Positions 1 through 8,997 of a DNA stretch of 64,000 nt are shown piece by piece; the stretch's first letter is position 1, and every line of letters begins with the position of its first letter. Source of the stretch: Patescibacteria group bacterium (lineage in GTDB: Bacteria > Patescibacteriota > Minisyncoccia > Phycocordibacterales > Phycocordibacteraceae); assembly GCA_019744845.1 (NCBI GenBank), contig JAIETW010000001.1, positions 80,299 through 144,298 on the forward strand, written 5' to 3'. The notes under the pieces are model-generated. The model did not search any database. It saw nothing but the letters and a program-made list of their open reading frames with translations, and had not been told where the DNA came from. Position numbers and translations under genes: made by a program.

Positions 1-80
1 GCTGCCTTTGAAAGTGCACGCTCCTTGCGACCCTGGTCGAGTCCGCGTCCTGACTTCTTGATGATTCGTTTTTTACCCAT
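1..80 (-). CDS. rpsK: N-terminal fragment of a basic ribosomal protein, probably 30S S11. The gene continues beyond the window start.
   Basis: The minus-strand translation MGKKRIIKKSGRGLDQGRKERALSKA... begins at about 78-80. It lies immediately downstream of rpsM, which is the conserved rpsM-rpsK order. Confidence 0.45.
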   Translation of the reverse strand, partial: MGKKRIIKKSGRGLDQGRKERALSKA

Positions 81-85
81 ATGAA

Positions 86-466
86 TTATGTCTTTTCAAG
101 CGTACGGCGACCAGAACCCATGGTCTTACGAGTATTGCCACGCACCGTGCGTGAGTTCGTCTTGGTGCGCTGTCCCTTTACCGGAAGGCGGCGGGCATGG
201 CGAGAACCGCGAGCGGACTGAATGTCCTTCAAGCGCTTCACGTTCTGTGAGATCTCGCGGCGGAGCTCTCCTTCAATGAGGAATGATTCTGCTGCAGCGC
301 GGATTGACTGCTCCTCGTCAGGGGTAAGCTCACTTCCCTTCTTGGTAAACGGAATGTTTACCTGCTTCAAAATACCCTTGGCACGGGTAGGACCAATGCC
401 AAAGATAAGAGGCAGCGCGTAGACGAGCTGCTTGTTGTCGGGAATGGTAACGCCTGCGATACGCAT
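86..466 (-). CDS. rpsM: 30S ribosomal protein S13
   Basis: The 126-aa product MRIAGVTIP...GIGPTRAKGIL...LRREISQNVKRLKDIQSARGSRHARRLPVKGQRTKTNSRT is a clear S13 signature. Confidence 0.9.
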   Translation of the reverse strand: MRIAGVTIPDNKQLVYALPLIFGIGPTRAKGILKQVNIPFTKKGSELTPDEEQSIRAAAESFLIEGELRREISQNVKRLKDIQSARGSRHARRLPVKGQRTKTNSRTVRGNTRKTMGSGRRTLEKT

Positions 467-493
467 GCTGAGGAATAATTACGTACTAAAAAG

Positions 494-610
494 TTAACCC
501 TGGCGCGCCTTACGACGAGGATTGCGCTTGTTAATGCGGTACAAACGACCACGACGGCGGACAATGATGTCGCCGGGCTGTTGTTTCTTGACGGATGCGC
601 GTACTTTCAT
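494..610 (-). CDS. rpmJ: 50S ribosomal protein L36, cysteine-free (zinc-independent, YkgO-like) form
   Basis: The 38-aa [41 protein letters not shown] is missing from the ORF track. It sits between infA and rpsM. It has the L36 N-terminus MKVRASVKK and C-terminus RQG but none of the Cys/His zinc ligands. Confidence 0.8.
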   Translation of the reverse strand: MKVRASVKKQQPGDIIVRRRGRLYRINKRNPRRKARQG

Positions 611-614
611 GTGT

Positions 615-827
615 TTAGCTAAGGCGCCTCACGATGCGGGCACGTCCTCCATAGGGATCGGTGATAAGTTCCACCGTATCGCCTACAAGAACGCGGATGC
701 GATGCAATCGCATCTTGCCCGCAAGGTACGCAAGCAAAAGATCACCCGAACCGAGACGAACGCGGAATAAGGAATTCGGAAGCACCTCTTCCACGGTGCC
801 CGTCACGGGCTCTTTGCTTTCTTCCAT
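615..827 (-). CDS. infA: Translation initiation factor IF-1
   Basis: The 70-aa product ...[60 protein letters not shown] has the S1-like IF-1 fold signature. Confidence 0.9.
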   Translation of the reverse strand: MEESKEPVTGTVEEVLPNSLFRVRLGSGDLLLAYLAGKMRLHRIRVLVGDTVELITDPYGGRARIVRRLS

Positions 828-877
828 CGTGTAGCCCGATTACTGTAACAAATAGGGTTTATAAGGTCAACTACAGA

Positions 878-2104
878 CTAGCGGGCTGCCTTTGGGTTAG
901 TGACCGAGACCTCTATTTCGGAGGGATCTGAGGGGAAGGAACCGGCCCAGAATGGGCGAAGAACCAAGACTGCCCTCTCTACCTCAGGGTATCCGGCAAG
1001 GATGACCTGGGCAGCATCACGCTTCTTTCCCGCCACCGCACCGCCTATACGCTCAGTATCTACGGTCCAGAGGATCTCCGTCTCTCCAGTGAGGCTGAAG
1101 GCGAAGTCGTTTCCAACTGGTGCTTCAGTCGCAGAGAGATTCAAGCTACCTGCGTCTCCAAGAGTGACTGGCTCGCCGGCATACACACCGAGAGACTTGT
1201 ATGCAATTGCTTGTGCGAGTGCATCTTCTGGGAAGATGACTGCAGTTGCAGTTCCCTTCAAACGAACTTCCACAGATCCTGCAGCACTTGAAGTGTCTGG
1301 CTGAGGACTGAAGGAAACGAAGGTTGCGCCAGGAAGAAGTACGTAGCCCTGAGGGATCTGTGCCTTCACTGCTTCCTCTACATCGTTTTTGAGTGCAGCT
1401 TCAAGCTTAGGGTACTGCTCGTCACGTGTAGCCTGTGAGACCGAGGGACGAGTGCCTGAGAAGCCGCCGCTCATAGCCTCAGTGGACTTACCGGTGACCT
1501 GAGTACCAAGGTCGCTGCCTGCGAGACCTGGGAGGGTGAAGGTGGTAGGACCCACGTTATAGCGGTCGCCTGGAGACTCTGCGTAGACCGTAATGTTCAC
1601 CGTCCCTGGGCGTTCAGCGGTGCCTGAAGGGATGCTAATAGGACCCTGTGCCTTGAAGATAAGACCGTCTGAGGTCTGGAAGCGAGTGTTCTTAACGAAG
1701 TCCTGTGGCTCTCCAGAGGTGTTGGAGACGGTGATGGTGCCCTGTGCCGCATCATTCACGGTCTCGGTAGACTCTGCCTCTACTTTCTGTGTTGCGATCT
1801 TGTCTACGGTTACCACTTCAAACGGAAGCTCGCCTGCAGCTGCCGTTGCAGTGAACTCTCCTGAGATAGATGCCTCAGAAGATGATGGAGTGATTTCTAC
1901 GCGTGCACCCGCAAATGCGTAGAGTGCACCGATAGACACACCAAGAATAACGACAATCGCGATCACCAATCCCCATGGGAATGTACGACGAGGACGTGAG
2001 TAACTGTGTGAAGTGGGTTCACCAGTTGGTGGAGGCGCAACCTGGTCTGCTTCCATGGCACGGCGGCGAGACGGTGGGATGATGTCGTTGATGGTCTTAG
2101 GCAT
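878..2104 (-). CDS. Hypothetical bitopic membrane protein, possibly PilN/PilO-like. It has a Pro-rich cytoplasmic N-terminus, one TM helix and a Thr/Ser/Gly-rich beta-rich extracytoplasmic domain.
   Basis: The TM segment is WGLVIAIVVILGVSIGALYAFAG near residues 43-66. No catalytic motifs were seen. It is immediately downstream of the PilM/FtsA-like gene with a small gap. Confidence 0.4.
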   Translation of the reverse strand: MPKTINDIIPPSRRRAMEADQVAPPPTGEPTSHSYSRPRRTFPWGLVIAIVVILGVSIGALYAFAGARVEITPSSSEASISGEFTATAAAGELPFEVVTVDKIATQKVEAESTETVNDAAQGTITVSNTSGEPQDFVKNTRFQTSDGLIFKAQGPISIPSGTAERPGTVNITVYAESPGDRYNVGPTTFTLPGLAGSDLGTQVTGKSTEAMSGGFSGTRPSVSQATRDEQYPKLEAALKNDVEEAVKAQIPQGYVLLPGATFVSFSPQPDTSSAAGSVEVRLKGTATAVIFPEDALAQAIAYKSLGVYAGEPVTLGDAGSLNLSATEAPVGNDFAFSLTGETEILWTVDTERIGGAVAGKKRDAAQVILAGYPEVERAVLVLRPFWAGSFPSDPSEIEVSVTNPKAAR

Positions 2105-2171
2105 AGGACTACACTAGGGGTAATGGGTGAATTGTACACCACATGCCCCAAGAGCCCTCTTCCCCTGTGGA

Positions 2172-3299
2172 CTAACTGGCGACAATTCCTGCGCTCCGCT
2201 CTAGAGAGAGTGTAAGAAGTGAAAGGAAAAGGTCAGAATCGCAGCCCTGATCGCAGGTCAAATATGAAGAAAGATGCTGTGGGAGGGACGGAATGATGGT
2301 GAGAGGCTCATCTGAAAGCCAGAGGGATCGGAGCCCTTCGTCATTCAACATGCGAGCCACATGCTCACGTGCATCATCATCCGCAAGCAAGAAAAGAGTG
2401 CGAGGAAGTGCACGACGAGAGGCAAACTCCCGAAGTGCAAGCGCAAGAGATGAAAGCCACTCTCCTTTTGCGGTCGGTGTAGACGTATCTGCCTCTCCAA
2501 CTGGAAGTGATTTTCCATCGGGGGTCATAGAAAGAGGACGTCCTTTTCGTGCCGCACGTGCAAGCGCATTGAACCCTCCGTTTACTGACGCAACGTCTAC
2601 CAATACTCCCCGCTTCACGAGGGCGAGATCGGTAGATTCTCCTGAGACATGCACGATCATAAAGTCCTTTTCGTGTGGGTAGAGGTCCCTAAGTACCGTG
2701 TAGGACACCGGTGCAAAGGCAGTGAGCGTAATATCACGCGTATGGTAAATGTGGCGAAGTGAGGTCAGTACCGTGTCTGCCATTGCAGATTCAATAGTAG
2801 AGGAAAGAATCACCAGCTCTGCACGCTTTGCTTGCTTTCCGAACGGATGCTTCGTCTCGTAGCCGTTTAGAAAAGTGGCAATGACGTATTCGCCCGTAGA
2901 GACCCGACCCTCTGTATGGGCTGCGCCCTCAGTAACCGCGTCATGGAGGATCGCCTTCGTGAAGGTAAACGGGGCGTCCTTCTCTATAACCACACTTCTG
3001 ATGGCGGTGTCCTGCCAAGGGGAACCTATGGAGACGAGCACCTTATCTATCGTGCCGCTTCCCACTGCTTTTCTGAGCGCAGGCGCACCATCCTGGATGA
3101 GCTTTTTGCCGAGCACGTCCAGTGCCTTAAGCATGTCCATGGTCAGGAGCTCGCGATCATGTAGTTCAATTGGTACACGCGCGACGTAGCGGAGTCGTGG
3201 TGCGCCATTCTTTTCTATCGTCGCGTATCCTCCACCAATGGAAGAGGATCCGATGTCTATAAGTGCGATTGTCTTAGTGCCGGACGAAAAGAACCCCAT
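2172..3299 (-). CDS. Actin-like (ASKHA-fold) ATPase, PilM/FtsA-like
   Basis: N-terminal phosphate-1 motif IALIDIGSSSIGGG. Second motif MIVHVSGESTDLALV, matching DxGxxxTD of FtsA/PilM. Length 375 aa. Confidence 0.5.
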   Translation of the reverse strand: MGFFSSGTKTIALIDIGSSSIGGGYATIEKNGAPRLRYVARVPIELHDRELLTMDMLKALDVLGKKLIQDGAPALRKAVGSGTIDKVLVSIGSPWQDTAIRSVVIEKDAPFTFTKAILHDAVTEGAAHTEGRVSTGEYVIATFLNGYETKHPFGKQAKRAELVILSSTIESAMADTVLTSLRHIYHTRDITLTAFAPVSYTVLRDLYPHEKDFMIVHVSGESTDLALVKRGVLVDVASVNGGFNALARAARKGRPLSMTPDGKSLPVGEADTSTPTAKGEWLSSLALALREFASRRALPRTLFLLADDDAREHVARMLNDEGLRSLWLSDEPLTIIPSLPQHLSSYLTCDQGCDSDLFLSLLTLSLERSAGIVAS

Positions 3300-3317
3300 A
3301 GTTCTTTCTAGTATACG

Positions 3318-5258
3318 CTATACCAACACTGCTTTGATGCGACGTACGCCGGCAGCGACTGCTTCTTCCTTCTGTATTTTAAATCTCTTACCTCCTTCAT
3401 GAATTTCACTGGTGTTTTTCACATGAGGACCACCACAAAACTCTAGCGAGAAGGCATTTGGAATATCCGGGTTCTCTTCAGTCGCATGAATAGGACCCAC
3501 TGAGTACACCGACACCATATCTGGGTACTTCACTCCGAATTCCATCTGTGCACCAAGCTTTTCTGCTTCAGTGCGTGGCATAACGGTGCGGGTGACGGGA
3601 AGATCCTGGTAGATGACTTCGTTTGCAATCTCTTCTACCTTTGCTTTCTGCTCGTCCGTCATCTTGGCGCCGTGAGAAAAGTCTATGCGAAGGCGTTCTG
3701 CGGTGATGTTACTTCCCCGCTGCTTTACTTCGTCTCCAAGCACGATCTGAAGTGCCTTAAGAAGGATGTGGTGAGACGTGTGGTAGCGCACGGTCTGCTC
3801 TGAATGGTCAGCAAGACCTCCCGCAAAGCGCTGTGCACCTCCGGCTCGTGAGGTGTCCTGGTGTTCTTTCATCTTTGTAGCGACTGCGTTCATATCAAGC
3901 GTAATTCCACGCTCCTTCGCGAGTTCTTCCGTCATTTCTACTGGGAATCCATATGAAGTGAACAAAATGAACGCATCATCAGGAGAAACTTCGTGTTTTG
4001 AGAGGAGCTTCTCAAACTCACGGAGTCCCTGTGAGAGGGTTTTTCTAAACTTCTCTTCCTCTTTCTGAAGTTCCTCACGAATCTTATCTGCCGCCTCCAG
4101 AATGTGTGGGTATTGCTCTGCATACACTTCCGAGAAGCTTGCGGCAACCTCTGGCAGAAGCGTCTCCGTCACGCCAAGACGATCTGCTTCGCGGATAGAG
4201 CGGCGAATGAGACGTCGGAGCACATATCCTGCTTCAGTATTGGAAGGGACTACACTTTCTGCGAGCATGAACGAGGCTGCACGAATATGATCTAGGATGA
4301 TACGGAAGGAACGTGTCACCTGTTCATCACTCCCATATCTTTTTCCTGTCTTCGCTTCAAGTACGTTCCGAGCGGAGTCAAAGACATCTATCAAGAACAC
4401 ATCAGACTCTTGAAGAGTGGTAGCAGTAAGTCGTTCAAGGCCGCCGCCAAAGTCAACGTTTTTCTTCGGAAGCTCACTAAAGGAGCTATCGGGATCCTTC
4501 ACATACTGCATGAATACGGAGTTGCATATCTCTACGAAACGGCCGCAATCGCAGTTCACATGACAGTTCGCTCCCCATTTCGGGTCATGTGGTGTACCGA
4601 AATCGTAAAAGATCTCAGAATCCGGGCCTCCTGGCTCTCCGGCAGGCATATTTGAAGGAACACCGGAACGGCTCCACCAATTCTTCTTAGAGCCGTAAGC
4701 AAAAATACGACCACCTTGTGATCCTTTCTCGTACCCTTCCTCTTCTGTACCCAAGCGCACGAGCTCTGCACCAATTCCTTTTTCTTTAAAAAGCTGCTTC
4801 CATATCTCAACTGATTCCGTATCAAGTTCCATGCCCGCACTCTCATCTCCGTCGAAAACGGTTACGTAGAGCTTCGCAGGATCAAAACCAAGACCCTGTG
4901 CCGGATCCGTAAGGAACTCAAATATCCACGGGAGCTGTTCCTTCTTGAAGTAGTCTCCGAGGGACCAGTTCCCAAGCATTTCAAAGAAGGTAGTGTGACG
5001 GTTATCACCCACTTCTTCAATATCACCCGCTCTAAAGCTCATCTGAGAGTTCGTGAGACGGTTTCCTTCTGGATGGTCCTTTCCAAGGAGATACGGCACC
5101 AACGGCTGCATACCTGAAGAGGTAAAGAGGGTCGTTGGGTCATTGCCCGGCACAATAGGAGCCGAAGGGATTATGGTGTGTCCCCGCTTCTTAAAAAACT
5201 CTAGATATCGCTTGCGTACCTCTGAAACAGTCATTCCAAAGAGAATATCATGACCCAC
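3318..5258 (-). CDS. alaS: Alanine--tRNA ligase. It is short (646 aa; catalytic and editing core only, C-terminal C-Ala/DHHA1 region absent).
   Basis: Class II AlaRS motifs TSSGMQ and RHTTFFEMLGNWSLGDYFK. The HxxxH...CGG editing-like region (FCGGPH) is retained. The true start may be the internal Met (MTVSEV...) near 5234. Confidence 0.88.
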   Translation of the reverse strand: MGHDILFGMTVSEVRKRYLEFFKKRGHTIIPSAPIVPGNDPTTLFTSSGMQPLVPYLLGKDHPEGNRLTNSQMSFRAGDIEEVGDNRHTTFFEMLGNWSLGDYFKKEQLPWIFEFLTDPAQGLGFDPAKLYVTVFDGDESAGMELDTESVEIWKQLFKEKGIGAELVRLGTEEEGYEKGSQGGRIFAYGSKKNWWSRSGVPSNMPAGEPGGPDSEIFYDFGTPHDPKWGANCHVNCDCGRFVEICNSVFMQYVKDPDSSFSELPKKNVDFGGGLERLTATTLQESDVFLIDVFDSARNVLEAKTGKRYGSDEQVTRSFRIILDHIRAASFMLAESVVPSNTEAGYVLRRLIRRSIREADRLGVTETLLPEVAASFSEVYAEQYPHILEAADKIREELQKEEEKFRKTLSQGLREFEKLLSKHEVSPDDAFILFTSYGFPVEMTEELAKERGITLDMNAVATKMKEHQDTSRAGGAQRFAGGLADHSEQTVRYHTSHHILLKALQIVLGDEVKQRGSNITAERLRIDFSHGAKMTDEQKAKVEEIANEVIYQDLPVTRTVMPRTEAEKLGAQMEFGVKYPDMVSVYSVGPIHATEENPDIPNAFSLEFCGGPHVKNTSEIHEGGKRFKIQKEEAVAAGVRRIKAVLV

Positions 5259-5279
5259 GGCCCCACACGATATGGGCTG

Positions 5280-5690
5280 CTACTTCTTCTTAGTTACCTT
5301 CTTAATGATCTTCTTGAGTGCAGTCTTTTCTGCGACTGGTGCCTGGGCAGACTCCATAAGATGGATCAAGCGAGTAAGCTTATCGTTTACTCCCTGCATG
5401 TGCAGTTTGAGCTCCTTCATATCCTGGTTTTCACGAGGAGGTGCGGCGTTGAAAGAAGGACGAGGAGAGAAATCACGCTTTGGGCCATATGAGGTACGAG
5501 GAGCGTCATCCTTCACAAAACAGTTGCTACAGAAGACAGGCTTCTTGCCGTTTGGACGGAACGGAACCTCACAGACGTTATTACACTTGCTGCAGTTTGC
5601 CTTATGCATCTGCTTTGAATCGCTAAAACGATCCTTGCCACCACGGTTGAAAGATGGCTTTGCGAAACGGGGCTTTGAGTAATCAGACAT
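5280..5690 (-). CDS. Hypothetical zinc-ribbon protein with a C-terminal coiled-coil/lysine-rich tail
   Basis: It has CSKCNNVC...(x16)...CSNCF, a CxxC-x17-CxxC pattern, followed by a predicted helical Lys-rich tail. A mirror ORF of equal length on the plus strand lacks any motif. Confidence 0.45.
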   Translation of the reverse strand: MSDYSKPRFAKPSFNRGGKDRFSDSKQMHKANCSKCNNVCEVPFRPNGKKPVFCSNCFVKDDAPRTSYGPKRDFSPRPSFNAAPPRENQDMKELKLHMQGVNDKLTRLIHLMESAQAPVAEKTALKKIIKKVTKKK

Positions 5691-5777
5691 AGGTTGGAGA
5701 TTAGGTTTACGATGATTAGAACATATTCAAAGCGAAAAGACAAGCCTCTGGATGTCTTGGACGCTGTTGGAACCAGC

Positions 5778-6425
5778 CTAGGCAATAAAATGATACTGCG
5801 CGTGTAGTTCTAGCAGTCTTCGGAGCTCAACCACCGGCTCAGAGTGGTCATCAACTCGCAGGTCAATAAATCTATCGGAAAATCCTGCATATCCGGCGCC
5901 TTCTTTTACTACAAGTAGTGCAGCCGATTGCTTGCCTCTTTTATCCCCTCCTGCTTGTTCTCCTGCGAGTAGCGCATCGTAGAGACGATGTCCCAAGTCT
6001 CCTTTTGCGTTTTCAAAAGTCTCTTTCATAGTTTGCAATACTTCTTCGCTCATCAGTGTGTTTCCTTGAACAACACACCACTTCCCCTGTACTCCTCCTG
6101 CTGGTGTATTGCATTCAGTTCCCGTGTGCGTTGCGCTTTCTCCTCGCGAATCAATAATACCGACCTGTCTTTTCTGTGCTTCTGGATCAGAAGACAGAAG
6201 TTCATTGAGAACCTCTTGCGCTCCTTTGCCTTCCGCAAGAAGTTTCAGGCCTCTTGGTCCATACGACGTATTACTAAAACTCTGTGTTGCAATAGCGCCA
6301 GCGCCAGCTTGGGCATGCGGCACGACATTTCCAACAGCCAGCCACTTACTCGCTACCGCAACACCCCAACTTTTGGTATCTGGATCGTGTCCGACAATAG
6401 AGTACGTTTGTACTTCTTTATTCAT
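5778..6425 (-). CDS. DUF1028 family protein (Ntn-hydrolase-like fold)
   Basis: MNKEVQTYSIVGHDPDTKSWGVAVASKWLAVG... matches the DUF1028 N-terminal signature (T-Y/F-S-I-V...D...G.AVAS...AVG). Confidence 0.55.
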   Translation of the reverse strand: MNKEVQTYSIVGHDPDTKSWGVAVASKWLAVGNVVPHAQAGAGAIATQSFSNTSYGPRGLKLLAEGKGAQEVLNELLSSDPEAQKRQVGIIDSRGESATHTGTECNTPAGGVQGKWCVVQGNTLMSEEVLQTMKETFENAKGDLGHRLYDALLAGEQAGGDKRGKQSAALLVVKEGAGYAGFSDRFIDLRVDDHSEPVVELRRLLELHAQYHFIA

Positions 6426-6474
6426 ATATAGAATTATATCAGTGTACTGGCTGTCTTGGACGATGTTGGAGCCC

Positions 6475-6936
6475 TTATCCTCCTAACGCCTCAGCGTATC
6501 TAGCCGCTTCGTTAATAAGTGCCTCGGATTTATTAACTTCATCGGGTTCTGGTATATGTTTCCATTTATCGAGAGGGACGCTCATAGTAATGGCACGCTG
6601 ATCACCCGCTTCTACTACTGCCTTTCGCATACCATCATCACTGAACGTGTACCATTCGCCTTTTATAAAAGGTGGTTGATCCTTTACGCATAGGGCCACT
6701 CGTAAACCATAGGTCATATCGTAAGTGCCAACTTTAAAGTCTGAATCGGACTCTAGACCTAGAAAATATGATTCTGCATTGCGGTTAATCTTTAAAACTA
6801 GAATGCCGTTTATCACATACGCGTCTCTTTTCTCCATCGCTAGACGCAAGAATTTTGCGGCATCATCGCAAAGCTCATTAAAGCTTGCGGGCTGGATTTC
6901 AGGAGTAATACCCGGAACATGTGCTTTTTCGCTCAT
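6475..6936 (-). CDS. Hypothetical protein
   Basis: The 153-aa ORF fills the gap between the DUF1028 gene and the divergent pepO promoter region. No recognisable motif. Confidence 0.4.
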   Translation of the reverse strand: MSEKAHVPGITPEIQPASFNELCDDAAKFLRLAMEKRDAYVINGILVLKINRNAESYFLGLESDSDFKVGTYDMTYGLRVALCVKDQPPFIKGEWYTFSDDGMRKAVVEAGDQRAITMSVPLDKWKHIPEPDEVNKSEALINEAARYAEALGG

Positions 6937-7023
6937 TCAGAAAGTATACCTCTAGCTGGCCGTCCAGGACTCGAACCAGGTTTAATTCGCCTCTCCCATC
7001 TCCTAACGCTATAATCAGGCTCT

Positions 7024-8997
7024 ATGAACGCTCACACGAAGCACTGGGGTTTTGATAATAACGACCTTAACCCAAAGGTCCGCCCACAAGACGACTTCTA
7101 TCAGTATGCTGCAGGAGGGTGGTTGAAGCGTAACCCTATTCCTAAGCATGAGGCACGTTGGGGAACCTTTATGGTTCTTAGATACGACACAGAGAAGAAG
7201 CTCAAGGCAATCCTTACAGATCTCCTCAAGACTCGTTCTGTAAAGAAAGGAAGTCCAGAGCAACTTATACGTGATCTCTACCGTTCTGGCATGGACCTCA
7301 AGCGTCGCAACACACTAGGTGCACGCCCTCTTGCTCCATACCTCAAGGAAATCAACGCAATCTCTTCCAAAGAAGATCTTCTGAAGGTGCTTTTTTCTCT
7401 TCACCGTCTTGGTGTGGGAGTGCTCTTCGGTGCAGGTATTGATCAGGACTCAAAAGAAAGCACCAAGTACATCATTCACCTGTATCAGGACGGTCTTGGC
7501 ATGCCAGACCGCGACTACTACCTCAAGGACGACGCTGAATCAAAACGCGTACGTTCTGCGTACGTTCCTCATGTTGCTGCGATGTTTAGACTTATCGGCA
7601 AAACCACGAAAGAATCAAAACTTGCCGCTGCAACGGTGATGCGTATAGAAACCATGCTCGCCGAAGCCTCCATGACCAAAGAGGACCGTCGTGATGCAGA
7701 CAAGGTCTATCATAAGAAGACACTTAAAGAACTGCAGACACTTGCGCCACACGTGGAGTGGAAGAAGTACTTCACTCGTCTTGGTGCAGGAGAACTGAAG
7801 TCAGTTATTGTGATGCAACCACAGTTCCTCACTGCATCCACTAAGCTCATTGGCACCCTTCCTCTTGAAGACTGGAAGACCTACCTCACTTGGCATTTGG
7901 TAAGTGACTTTGCAGGAGCTCTCTCCACACCATTTATAAAACAAAGCTTCTCCTTCTACGGCACGGTGCTTTCAGGCATGAAGCATATGAAGCCACTCTG
8001 GCGCCAAGTACTGAGTGCGGTTAATGGAAACCTCGGAGAACTCCTTGGTCGTATCTATGTAAAGCGACACTTCAGTCCGATCGCAAAGAAGAAGATGAAT
8101 CTTCTCGTAGACGACCTCTTCACCGCCTATGAGGCACGTCTTAAGAAGCTTGATTGGATGAGTCCGGCCACTAAGAAGAAGGCACTCATAAAGCTGAGGG
8201 CCCTCAACAGAAAGATAGGATACCCAGACAAATGGAAGTCATTTGCTGGTTTGGTCATTCGCCCCAACGACTACGCAGGCAACATGGTACGCGTTGCAGA
8301 GTTCATACACCGTCGTGAGATGAAGAAGCTCAAGAAGCCGATAGATCGTACGGAGTGGTTCATGTATCCGCAGACGGTAAACGCGTACTTTGCGCCAAAC
8401 ATGAACGACATTGCCTTCCCTGCAGCCATTTTGCAGCCTCCGTTCTTTGACTCCAATGCTGACGATGCGATCAACTATGGTGCCATTGGCTCAGTCATAG
8501 GGCACGAAATCACCCATGGCTTTGACGATCAGGGATCTAAGTACGATGAGCATGGAAACCTTAAGAGCTGGTGGACAAAAGAAGACCGAAAGCGCTTTGA
8601 AAAGAAGGCACAGGTCGTGATAGATCAATTTAATCGCTACACTGTCTCAGATGGAGTCAAGGTCAATGGAAAGCTCACTCTCGGTGAAAACATTGCGGAC
8701 CTCGGTGGTATTGCGATTGCACTTGATGCCTTCCAACTTCGTCTTAAGAAAACAGGTCGGAAAGATATTGATGGCTACACCCCAGAGCAGCGTTTCTTCC
8801 TCGGTGTCACCCTCTTTGATCGTGAAAACACTCGCCCTGCCTTTGAGAAGACGCATGCACTGACTGATCCACACTCCCCTCCCAAGTTCCGTATCAATGG
8901 TCCTGTATCAAATATTGATGCCTTCTATAACGCATTTGGGCTTAAGAAGGGTGATGGTCTCTACCGTGCGCCACAAGAACGTGCAAAGATTTGGTAG
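7024..8997 (+). CDS. pepO: M13 family zinc metallo-endopeptidase (PepO/neprilysin-like)
   Basis: HEITHGFDDQG (HExxH), LGENIADLGG (the GENIAD motif of M13) and NAYY/NAFY elements. Length 657 aa. No obvious N-terminal signal peptide. Confidence 0.85.
   Translation: MNAHTKHWGFDNNDLNPKVRPQDDFYQYAAGGWLKRNPIPKHEARWGTFMVLRYDTEKKLKAILTDLLKTRSVKKGSPEQLIRDLYRSGMDLKRRNTLGARPLAPYLKEINAISSKEDLLKVLFSLHRLGVGVLFGAGIDQDSKESTKYIIHLYQDGLGMPDRDYYLKDDAESKRVRSAYVPHVAAMFRLIGKTTKESKLAAATVMRIETMLAEASMTKEDRRDADKVYHKKTLKELQTLAPHVEWKKYFTRLGAGELKSVIVMQPQFLTASTKLIGTLPLEDWKTYLTWHLVSDFAGALSTPFIKQSFSFYGTVLSGMKHMKPLWRQVLSAVNGNLGELLGRIYVKRHFSPIAKKKMNLLVDDLFTAYEARLKKLDWMSPATKKKALIKLRALNRKIGYPDKWKSFAGLVIRPNDYAGNMVRVAEFIHRREMKKLKKPIDRTEWFMYPQTVNAYFAPNMNDIAFPAAILQPPFFDSNADDAINYGAIGSVIGHEITHGFDDQGSKYDEHGNLKSWWTKEDRKRFEKKAQVVIDQFNRYTVSDGVKVNGKLTLGENIADLGGIAIALDAFQLRLKKTGRKDIDGYTPEQRFFLGVTLFDRENTRPAFEKTHALTDPHSPPKFRINGPVSNIDAFYNAFGLKKGDGLYRAPQERAKIW

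Noticed and set aside
6950-7012. Possible complete tRNA on the minus strand (GGTTCGAGTCC T-loop plus CCA).
   Set aside because: No acceptor stem, D-arm or anticodon arm can be paired, and the T-stem has a central mismatch. It is kept only as a low-interest fragment and not annotated as a tRNA.
7015-7263. 82-aa minus-strand ORF overlapping the start of pepO.
   Set aside because: It is antisense to a strongly supported M13 peptidase gene and has no motif. It is likely a chance ORF.
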